A stretch of DNA of 64,000 nt, from NCBI GenBank assembly GCA_963698075.1, contig OY969116.1:542131-606130 (forward strand), given 5' to 3'. The notes beneath the pieces were generated by a model, which searched no databases, had not been told where the DNA came from, and saw only the letters and a program-made list of their open reading frames with translations. Each line of letters starts with the position of its first letter. Within the stretch, counting starts at the first letter, position 1. The position numbers were made by a program, and so were the translations under genes. This DNA comes from an uncultured Candidatus Berkelbacteria bacterium. GTDB taxonomy: Bacteria; Patescibacteriota; UBA1384; UBA12157; JAENIV01. This document shows, one piece after another, positions 56,593 to 64,000 of the stretch.

Positions 56593-58020
56593 TTATCTGA
56601 TAGAACCGGAAACCGGTGAGTCATCGCCTTCAAAATTCCGATAATAATCCCGATTGGTGACGAGGGCTTGGTCAGCCAAAGGGGCATAAACACCCGCCAA
56701 TTGCCGAATCTGATGGCAGAGCGGTTCCTCAATGACCGCTTCAGCCCCTTCGTGGGTCGGGTGAGCGCCACAGGTCCTCACGCAATGTTCAAGCCACTCA
56801 TTGTGGTCAATGATTATACAAGGCCTTAGCAGGTTGGGGTCGCGGCGGTTGTGGGCCCTGATCTCACGAAAGAAAGGGGAACTCAAAACATCCCAGAGAT
56901 GGCCGCCATTGGCCCAGATGTCTTTGATATTGTCCTTGGCAAAATGGATAAACACACATGGTTCCAAGTCGCCTCGGAAGTTGACGTGCAAATAGAGCTC
57001 GCCGCCGGCCATGCAGCCGCGAGTTAGGTGGCCGTCGTTCCAGAAGTCGGCGACAAAGATGGGCTTGGTACGCCTTAGATAGATAGTGTTGAAATGCCGG
57101 AGCCGATCGCGCTGTTCGGGCGTGATCATTAACTCCACGGTATTATCTTTGCCGACGGGCACAAAGATGAAGAACCAGCCGTAAAGGCAGCCGCGCTGGA
57201 TCATCTCGTCCACAAAGTCATCATGGAGAAAGTATTCCGCATTCGTGCGCATGGCGGTGGCGGAAAAACCGAAGAGCAGGCCGGCTTCATTCAATCGGGC
57301 CATGGTCTCTTTGGTTTTTCGATAAACCCCAGGGCCCCGCCGCCAATCAGTCATTGCCTCATCGCCCTCGATACTAATCGCTGGAGTGAAATTGCCCAGT
57401 GTTTGCATTGCTTCGATTTCGCGCTCGCCAATGGTGGTGCCATTGGTGTAAATGAGGAAAAAAGCATCTCTGTGCTTAGCATAAAGATCCAAAAGATCCG
57501 ACCGGACGAATGGTTCGCCGCCCGAGATGGTGTACATGAAGACGCCCATCTCCTTGCCTTCAGAAACGAGTCGATCCAGATCGTCGAAGGAAAGTGGATC
57601 GGGCCCCTTGGGATATTCGGCGGCATAACAACCACGGCAATGCAGATTACAGCGCATTGTCGGCGAAATCACCATGAGATAGGGCGGCACAACGCCATGA
57701 CGTCTGGCGAATTCCTGTCTGTTTTCACGTCCCCGCCAAGTGGCGTTGATGACCAGATTATCAATAATCGCCCGCCTGACGTTGGGATGTCGCCGCATTA
57801 GGTGCAGCGTCAGATCGGTTGCAGGATGACTGGCCTCATAAAGGCCTTTCAATTGGCGAAGCTGGGTTTGGAAATGCGCTCCTAGCCGGCGCCATTTTGA
57901 GGCAATGTTGGTCGCAGCAATCAGCGTCCTTCGGCTTCGACCAATGACAGCCGGATTCAGAGTCTTCTTGGCCACTTGTGACCAAAAGATCTGCTTGAAA
58001 AATCGTACCAGGAATCGCAC
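56593..58020 (-). CDS. Radical SAM protein with SPASM/twitch-like C-terminus
   Basis: CNLHCRGC, SGGEP, YTNGT, CMAGG..Y.H....G..EPC.F. Confidence 0.93.
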   Translation of the reverse strand: MRFLVRFFKQIFWSQVAKKTLNPAVIGRSRRTLIAATNIASKWRRLGAHFQTQLRQLKGLYEASHPATDLTLHLMRRHPNVRRAIIDNLVINATWRGRENRQEFARRHGVVPPYLMVISPTMRCNLHCRGCYAAEYPKGPDPLSFDDLDRLVSEGKEMGVFMYTISGGEPFVRSDLLDLYAKHRDAFFLIYTNGTTIGEREIEAMQTLGNFTPAISIEGDEAMTDWRRGPGVYRKTKETMARLNEAGLLFGFSATAMRTNAEYFLHDDFVDEMIQRGCLYGWFFIFVPVGKDNTVELMITPEQRDRLRHFNTIYLRRTKPIFVADFWNDGHLTRGCMAGGELYLHVNFRGDLEPCVFIHFAKDNIKDIWANGGHLWDVLSSPFFREIRAHNRRDPNLLRPCIIIDHNEWLEHCVRTCGAHPTHEGAEAVIEEPLCHQIRQLAGVYAPLADQALVTNRDYYRNFEGDDSPVSGSIR

Positions 58021-58102
58021 TTATCCTCACCTCCCTGTTTTCAGGTTCTCCCCCATTTCCAATAAAGTATATGCCAAAGGCACTTCTTTTTCAAGAGAAA
58101 GT

Positions 58103-59410
58103 TCATTGATTAAGTCTTTTGAGCAATAATTCTTTGGCCACTTTTTTATCTGACCAAGGAATTTTTTCATGCCCGACCACCATCCAATCTTCCGCCCCCT
58201 TGCCAGTGATGATAACAATGTCGCCCTTTTGAGCTAAAGTTAAAGCTTTTTCAATCGCCGCCCGCCGATCAAGAATTTTAAAAAAATTTTTGCCTTCAAT
58301 TTTCGGATTGGTTTTTGAGGCTCCCCGCGGTACACCATCAGCCACTTCTTCGATAATTCTTATCGGGTCTTCAGTATAGGGATCTTCATTAGTGATAATG
58401 ACCACGTCGGCGAATCTTCCCGCTAAAGCGCCCATAATCGGTCTTTTTGAACGATCGCGATCCCCGCAAGCGCCAAAAACCGCAATCAGCCGACCACGAA
58501 GAGAAGCTTGCAAAGTCGCAAAAATTTTTTCTAACGCGTCCGGGGTGTGAGCATAGTCAATAATGACCACAAACGACTGCCCCATTTCCACTTTTTCCAT
58601 CCGGCCAGGAATATTGTCAATTGATTCCAAAGCCTGCTTGGCCAGCCCCAAATTGATCTTAAGATCAATGGCAACGCACAGAGCCGCCAACGTATTATAA
58701 ATATTGAATTTGCCCGGCAATTTCAAATCAATCGCCACTTGCGTTTGGGGCGTCACCACCGTAAATAAACTACCGGTTGATTCCAAGATAATTTTTTTGG
58801 CTAAAATCTCCGGTTTTCTTGGACGTTCATTTTCTGGGCTTTCCGTTCCGTAAGTAATAATTTTCGGACCATCCATCTTCAAGAAAAAACTGGCTGATTT
58901 ATCATCCATATTGATAATTGCTGTCTCGGATTCTTGAAAAATTTTTGCCTTGGTGTCGCGGTATTCTTCGTAGGTTTTGTGATAGTCAAGATGATCATGA
59001 GTAATATTGGTCAAAACCGCAATTTTTGGCTCAATTGACCAAATGCGGTTTTGAGCGATTGAATGCGAGGTCGTTTCTAAAACCAACCAATGGCAGCCAA
59101 CCTTAACCGCCTCGCGCAGAAATTTCTGCAAAGCAAAAGGCGAAACCACCGTCATTTTGGTCCTGTTTTTCCATTCCCGGGCGCCAATTTTAAAATTAAT
59201 TGTCGTTGCCATCGCCACTTTGTAATTGGCCGCTTCCAAAATCCGAGCAATCATGTTGCAGGTGGTGGTTTTACCGTTGGTGCCGGTGACCATAATCACC
59301 CGAATATTTTTGGCCGGAAAGCGATAAATTGCCGCCGCCAATATTCCCCGAACTTTGTGGCTCCAAAGGATAAAAGATTGGGGTAAAGTTTTGCGTAAAA
59401 AATCCCTCAT
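58103..59410 (-). CDS. murE: UDP-MurNAc-tripeptide synthetase
   Basis: VTGTNGKTTT, E.TSH, DHLDYH, DYAHTPDA, GDRD..KRP.MG, EDP, GKG.E. Confidence 0.95.
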   Translation of the reverse strand: MRDFLRKTLPQSFILWSHKVRGILAAAIYRFPAKNIRVIMVTGTNGKTTTCNMIARILEAANYKVAMATTINFKIGAREWKNRTKMTVVSPFALQKFLREAVKVGCHWLVLETTSHSIAQNRIWSIEPKIAVLTNITHDHLDYHKTYEEYRDTKAKIFQESETAIINMDDKSASFFLKMDGPKIITYGTESPENERPRKPEILAKKIILESTGSLFTVVTPQTQVAIDLKLPGKFNIYNTLAALCVAIDLKINLGLAKQALESIDNIPGRMEKVEMGQSFVVIIDYAHTPDALEKIFATLQASLRGRLIAVFGACGDRDRSKRPIMGALAGRFADVVIITNEDPYTEDPIRIIEEVADGVPRGASKTNPKIEGKNFFKILDRRAAIEKALTLAQKGDIVIITGKGAEDWMVVGHEKIPWSDKKVAKELLLKRLNQ

Positions 59411-60330
59411 CGTCGTCGAAAACTTTCTGCTAATTTAAATATTTTATACCATAACGGCTTATATACCAGGTCCCAACTACCAACGATATTGATTTTTTGT
59501 CCGCCGAATTGTTCTTTAAAAAAAGTCAAATTAGCGTATTTGTGATTTTCGCCCGCTTCCGGCGGCGCTATCGCCAATAAATCATAAATTTTACATCCCC
59601 GCTTTTTGGCTTCCAAAATTGCCTGCCAATGGGTCGCGTACGGTGCCATCACTTCTTTGTGCAATCGCGACGTTCCACCATACAAATATGAAGCCGCGCG
59701 GTCATAAAATGTAACAATGATTGCTGCCAAAGGAACATGATTATAGCGAGCAATAATTATCGCCGCTTCGCCTCTAGGATATAAACTTTTCATCATTTCC
59801 AAAAAATACTTCTTGTCGCGCAAAGAAAGTTTCTGATGTTCGGCAGTTTGCTGATAAAGGTCATAAAAAATTTCAATGCCATCATTTAATCGGTCAATGG
59901 GGCATATCGTCACCTCAACGCCGTGTTTTTGGCTGACTTTGATATTATAGCGTCCTTTCGGCTTCATCTGGGCTAAAATTTCTTCTTCGGATTTGGAAAT
60001 ATCAATTATTTGCCGCCATTCGGGCTGAAGTTCCTCGAAAGCTTTAATGAATTTTTTTTCACGCAATTTTTGAACCATTTTTTTATCATTTTCGTCCAAA
60101 ATTTCCAATCTTACAAATATGGTTCCATTTTTTTTAATATTTTTTTGTATTTTTTCTAAAAAATTTTGTAAATCTTTGATCGTCCTCCATTCAACCTCCG
60201 GCGCATACAAAAACGATAATCCCATTGGCAATGGTTTTTCCAGAACAAAAATATCATCGATTTTCTCGCTTTTCCAACCCTGCGAGACTTTAAGATCAAC
60301 CCATTCCTGGGTTTGTAATAAAGACTTCAT
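59407..60330 (-). CDS. FemABX-family lipid II aminoacyl transferase
   Basis: LLQT.EW, EEILAQMK.KGRYNI, YLYG, W..I..AK..G...YD, FK..FGG. Confidence 0.92.
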   Translation of the reverse strand: MKSLLQTQEWVDLKVSQGWKSEKIDDIFVLEKPLPMGLSFLYAPEVEWRTIKDLQNFLEKIQKNIKKNGTIFVRLEILDENDKKMVQKLREKKFIKAFEELQPEWRQIIDISKSEEEILAQMKPKGRYNIKVSQKHGVEVTICPIDRLNDGIEIFYDLYQQTAEHQKLSLRDKKYFLEMMKSLYPRGEAAIIIARYNHVPLAAIIVTFYDRAASYLYGGTSRLHKEVMAPYATHWQAILEAKKRGCKIYDLLAIAPPEAGENHKYANLTFFKEQFGGQKINIVGSWDLVYKPLWYKIFKLAESFRRR

Positions 60331-60378
60331 GAGTTGATTATACAACGACTTTAAGGTAAAATTAAAGTCGTTAGTTCA

Positions 60379-60485
60379 GGGGTTAAGGTTAGGATGCTAT
60401 TTTGGTCTATGGTCTAAAGTTTTAAGTCAATAATTAATCTAATAACCATTTACTCTTAACCAAACCAGCTTCTTTACCCTAACCC
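60379..60485. repeat. Inverted micro-repeat element, family H3
   Basis: GGTTAAGGTTAGGATGC ... CCAGCTTCTTTACCCTAACCC. Confidence 0.8.
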
Positions 60486-60499
60486 AAATACTATAAACT

Positions 60500-61750
60500 A
60501 TGAAAATATTAGCGATCGAAACATCTTGTGATGAAACAGCTGCATCTGTTATTGAAAAAACGCCATCGGGCGTTAAAATTTTGAGTAATATTGTTGCTTC
60601 GCAAATTGAGATTCATCAAAAATATGGCGGGGTTTTCCCCGAGCATGCCTCCCGGGCGCATGTCGAAAAAATAATTCCAGTAGTTGAACAGGCATTAATC
60701 CAGGCCGAAGGGATATCCCTGAGCGAGCGGCGGTCTCGACTGCGCTCCGTTTTTGGCGAGTCACGCATGAGCCAAAACGGAAGCAGGCGAGTAGGTCGGT
60801 TAGGGAGCCCAAATGCGAACGGGGTATCCCGAGGCCAAAATGATATTGATATTATCGCGGTAACGACAGGTCCAGGGCTGATCGGTTCTCTTCTAGTTGG
60901 GGTTAATTTTGCCAAAACTCTTTCATACGCGAAGAATTTACCCATAATTGGCATTAATCATTGGCTCGGGCATATTTACTCCAACTGGGCCGAAAAACCA
61001 TTTCCGCAGTTTCCTGCTTTGATATTGATCGCGAGTGGCGGACATACAGGTCTAGTTTTAATGAAATCGCACAAAAAAATAATTCCACTCGGCGAAACTT
61101 TAGACGATGCCGCCGGCGAGGCGTTCGACAAAGTGGCGAAATTATTAGATCTCGGATACCCCGGCGGGCCGGCGATAGCCGCTGCTGCCGCAGCTAAATT
61201 CAAAAATCAAAATGCAAAAAACAAAAAAACTGCAATTCAAAAATTAAAAATAGAATTTCCGAGAAGCATGTTGGACAGCGGAGATTTTAATTTTAGTTTT
61301 TCGGGCTTAAAAACGGCTGTATTATATAAATACAAAGAAGTGATTAGTCGTGATTCAGGAGTGATTAATAGTGATTTGTCGTCTGACAATCAATCACCTA
61401 ATCACAATAAATCACACGGCAAAGCCGCAAATCACTTAACTGCCGCTATCGCGGCCGAATTCCAACAAGCCGTCATTGATATTTTAATCGGCAAAACCAT
61501 CCAAGCCGCCTATGAATATCAGCCAAAATCCATCTGTCTCTGCGGCGGAGTGAGCGCGAATAAAGAACTTAGAGAACAAATGAAAAAGGCCGTTTCCGGC
61601 CTCCCCAGCCATCCATCCTTCCATGTTCCAGCCATCCACCTTTCAACAGATAACGCCGCCATGATCGGCATTGCCGCCGCTTATCACCTAAATGAAGCGA
61701 CCACATGGAAACGAGTGCATGCTAACGCTAATTTAAAACTCTACAACTGA
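60500..61750 (+). CDS. tsaD: tRNA threonylcarbamoyltransferase TsaD carrying three in-frame repeat insertions
   Basis: IETSCDET, GPGL.GSL, H..GH, SGGHT, DDAAGEAFDK, FSFSGLKT, TDNAAMI. Confidence 0.97.
   Translation: MKILAIETSCDETAASVIEKTPSGVKILSNIVASQIEIHQKYGGVFPEHASRAHVEKIIPVVEQALIQAEGISLSERRSRLRSVFGESRMSQNGSRRVGRLGSPNANGVSRGQNDIDIIAVTTGPGLIGSLLVGVNFAKTLSYAKNLPIIGINHWLGHIYSNWAEKPFPQFPALILIASGGHTGLVLMKSHKKIIPLGETLDDAAGEAFDKVAKLLDLGYPGGPAIAAAAAAKFKNQNAKNKKTAIQKLKIEFPRSMLDSGDFNFSFSGLKTAVLYKYKEVISRDSGVINSDLSSDNQSPNHNKSHGKAANHLTAAIAAEFQQAVIDILIGKTIQAAYEYQPKSICLCGGVSANKELREQMKKAVSGLPSHPSFHVPAIHLSTDNAAMIGIAAAYHLNEATTWKRVHANANLKLYN
60703..60836 (+). repeat. Family-A palindromic element, in-frame copy in tsaD
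   Basis: GGCCGAAGGGATATCCCTGAGCG ... GCGAACGGGGTATCCCGAGGCC. Confidence 0.92.
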
Positions 61751-61752
61751 AA

Positions 61753-62253
61753 CTATTTGACAATCCCATATTTCTCTTCAAGCTCGGCTTTCCTTCCTTC
61801 CATTAACTCATATCTTGCCCGGTCTTCCGGCGTTTTTACAAGTCTTGCTGACGCTAATATTCTACTTATCTCTTGATATTCCTCTTGGGGCCCCATCGCC
61901 CCAATTGTCCTAAACAATGATTCCATTGCTTGTTTGTATTGCCATTGTTTTGATTGGACATCCTCTGGGCTACCCTGCTGAACAGAAACTTGATTTTGTA
62001 TGAAATCAACCATATCCAATTTAGTCTCAAGTAATTGATCTCTCATGCCACCTTTATGTGCATCAATCATGCCCCCAACGACTCCGACAATGTCTGGATT
62101 GGTTTTTTGACTTGGATCCATCGTAACAATCATTCTTACTAGCCGATTGCCTTCCGGATTTGTCCTATCTAGTAGTTGTGCCAGATTGCTTCTCGTTTCA
62201 TCCGTTAAAGTATCAGCAAATTTTATTGACTTTTCTGCTTCCAGATCCATCAA
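61753..62253 (-). CDS. Hypothetical protein
   Basis: AAAGGAGG RBS; 166-aa helical ORF. Confidence 0.75.
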   Translation of the reverse strand: MMDLEAEKSIKFADTLTDETRSNLAQLLDRTNPEGNRLVRMIVTMDPSQKTNPDIVGVVGGMIDAHKGGMRDQLLETKLDMVDFIQNQVSVQQGSPEDVQSKQWQYKQAMESLFRTIGAMGPQEEYQEISRILASARLVKTPEDRARYELMEGRKAELEEKYGIVK

Positions 62254-62332
62254 ACCTCCTTTGTTTTAAAAATAATTTGGCTAATTTTATTCTATTCTTG
62301 TCTAAATTTATGTCAAATGATAGGATAAGAGT

Positions 62333-64000
62333 ATGAAAGAGTTATCAAAAGCCTATGATCCAAAGGCAACTGAGGATCGCATATATTCTATGTGGGAGAA
62401 AAGCGGCGCATTTTCTCCCCAGCTAACACCTGAAACCTTAAACCTGAAACCTTTTGTGATTGTCATTCCCCCGCCCAATGTTACTGGCTCTCTCCATATG
62501 GGTCATGCTTTGAACAACACGATTCAAGATATTTTGATAAGACGCTCGCGGATGAAGGGCGTGCCGACTTTGTGGGTGCCGGGAACTGACCACGCAGGAA
62601 TTGCCACCCAAAATGTGGTTGAAAAGCAGCTCGCTAAAGAGGGTAAAAACCGCAACGATTTAGGCCGGGAAGAATTTGTCAAAAGAGTTTGGCAGCACGT
62701 TGACGAATACGGCCATATTATCATTGACCAGCTCAAGAAAATGGGCTGTTCCTGCGACTGGTCGCGCCAGCGCTTCACTATGGACAAAGACTATTCCAAA
62801 GCCGTCAAAGCCGCTTTCAAACACTATTATGACAAAGGTTGGATTTATCAAGGCGAGCGCGTGATTAACTGGTGCGTCCGTTGCCAAACCGCGCTTTCGG
62901 ATATTGAAGTGGAATACAAAGAACAGCCGACCAAACTTTATTTCTTTCGCTACGATAAGAATTTTCCTATCTCAATCGCCACCGCCAGACCAGAAACCAA
63001 ACTCGGCGATACGGCGGTGGCCGTCAATCTAAATGATAATCGCTATAAGAAATATGTCGGCCAAGAATTCGATGCCAATTTTGCCGGCAAAAACTTAAAA
63101 ATTAAAATTATTTCAGAGCCGTCGATTGATCCGAAATTTGGCACCGGCGCGGTCGGGATAACGCCAGCTCATTCAATCGTTGATGACGAAATCGCCGCCA
63201 AAAACAAACTCGAATCAATAAAAATTATCGATCAATATGGGAAAATGACCGAAGAAGCCGGCAAAGATTATGAAGGTCTCAAAACCGTCGAAGCCCGGGG
63301 AAAAGTAATTGAATGGCTTAAAAATAATAATCTCCTTGAAAAAGAAGAAGATATTACTAATAACATCAGCGTTTGTTATCGCTGCGGCAAAGAACTGGAG
63401 CCGCAACCTTCCAAACAATGGTTTGTCAAAATGTCAGAATTGATTAAACCGGCAATTGAGGCGATTGAAACCGATCAAATATCATTTACACCAACGCGTT
63501 GGAAAAAAATCTATCTAGATTGGATGAAAAACATCCGTGACTGGTGTATTTCCAGGCAAATCTGGTGGGGACACGGATTGCCAGTCTGGCAATCTGAACT
63601 CAAAAGTAAAAACTCAAAAGTAAAAACTGAAGAACAAAAAGACGACCGAGGGGATGCCCTGAGCGAAGTGGCGGCGTCCCGAACGCAGTTCGAGACAGGG
63701 CTGGGGTGGGTGCCCGAGAGCGAAGGGCGATCCGAGGGAGAAATTTACGTCGGAGACAATCCTCCCCCCGGTTATTCCCAAGTCTCCGACGTATTAGATA
63801 CTTGGTTTTCGAGCGCCTTGTGGCCTTTCGCCACGCTTGGGTGGCCTAAAGAAACAGATGATTTAAAATATTTTTATCCGACAACAATTCTCTCCACTGC
63901 CCGCGACATTAATATGCTTTGGGTGGTGAGGATGATTTTTTCTGGCCTTGAGTTTATGAAAGAAAAACCCTTCAGCCAAGTCTATGTTCATCCGACGATT
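62333..64000 (+). CDS. valS: Valyl-tRNA synthetase (5' part; runs off the window end)
   Basis: Not in the ORF track. PPPNVTGSLHMGHA, GTDHAGIATQ, DWCISRQIWWGH, DVLDTWFSSALWPF. Confidence 0.98.
   Translation, partial: MKELSKAYDPKATEDRIYSMWEKSGAFSPQLTPETLNLKPFVIVIPPPNVTGSLHMGHALNNTIQDILIRRSRMKGVPTLWVPGTDHAGIATQNVVEKQLAKEGKNRNDLGREEFVKRVWQHVDEYGHIIIDQLKKMGCSCDWSRQRFTMDKDYSKAVKAAFKHYYDKGWIYQGERVINWCVRCQTALSDIEVEYKEQPTKLYFFRYDKNFPISIATARPETKLGDTAVAVNLNDNRYKKYVGQEFDANFAGKNLKIKIISEPSIDPKFGTGAVGITPAHSIVDDEIAAKNKLESIKIIDQYGKMTEEAGKDYEGLKTVEARGKVIEWLKNNNLLEKEEDITNNISVCYRCGKELEPQPSKQWFVKMSELIKPAIEAIETDQISFTPTRWKKIYLDWMKNIRDWCISRQIWWGHGLPVWQSELKSKNSKVKTEEQKDDRGDALSEVAASRTQFETGLGWVPESEGRSEGEIYVGDNPPPGYSQVSDVLDTWFSSALWPFATLGWPKETDDLKYFYPTTILSTARDINMLWVVRMIFSGLEFMKEKPFSQVYVHPTI
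63646..63737 (+). repeat. Family-A element (short subfamily), in-frame copy in valS
   Basis: CCGAGGGGATGCCCTGAGCGAAGTGGCGGCGTCCCGAACGCAGTTCGAGACAGGG..GTGCCCGAGAGCGAAGGGCGATCCGAGG. Confidence 0.92.

Noticed and set aside
60703-60836. Family-A element as an HDV-like ribozyme (starts GGCC, has GCGAA-GGG near the end)
   Set aside because: The terminal GGCC segments pair with each other in a nested stem, and I could not build the HDV double pseudoknot.
1-64000. Alternative genetic code (UGA read as Gly or Trp)
   Set aside because: Core genes are full length in the standard code, and several (e.g. murE, tsaD, fabH) end at TGA.

Overview
This is a bacterial window in the standard genetic code whose gene content points to a Patescibacteria/CPR-type genome (inference). 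It runs from the 5' part of recA through a complete type IV pilus/competence operon, two SLH surface proteins and a two-component cluster. Core genes follow: ftsK, rnj, udg, pnp, rpsO, rpsT, lepB, holA, a 5'-3' exonuclease, murE, a Fem-family transferase, tsaD and the 5' part of valS. Many self-contained accessory genes are interleaved: HicAB, a MenAT-like pair, three TrmB-like regulators, a Pycsar-type effector, FabH/FabZ-like enzymes, two radical SAM enzymes, a prenyltransferase/cyclase-fold protein and a DUF3800-like protein. No rRNA, tRNA, CRISPR array, integrase or transposase was seen. The main unexplained signal is a dense set of small palindromic elements. (1) A GC-rich 92-153 bp family with compensatory base changes occurs in five copies, three of them translated in frame inside tsaD, valS and a minor pilin. 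(2) Several families of hairpins are built from 6-10 bp micro-repeats; one occurs both empty and wrapped around a GxxExxY nuclease gene. (3) Direct repeats and duplicated gene starts bracket accessory cassettes. Also notable are a promoter-driven small hairpin RNA converging on the DUF3800-like gene, a -1 frameshift at a slippery site in an SLH protein, and a possible switch in the pnp leader. All calls come from reading the sequence by eye; no database searches or folding programs were run.
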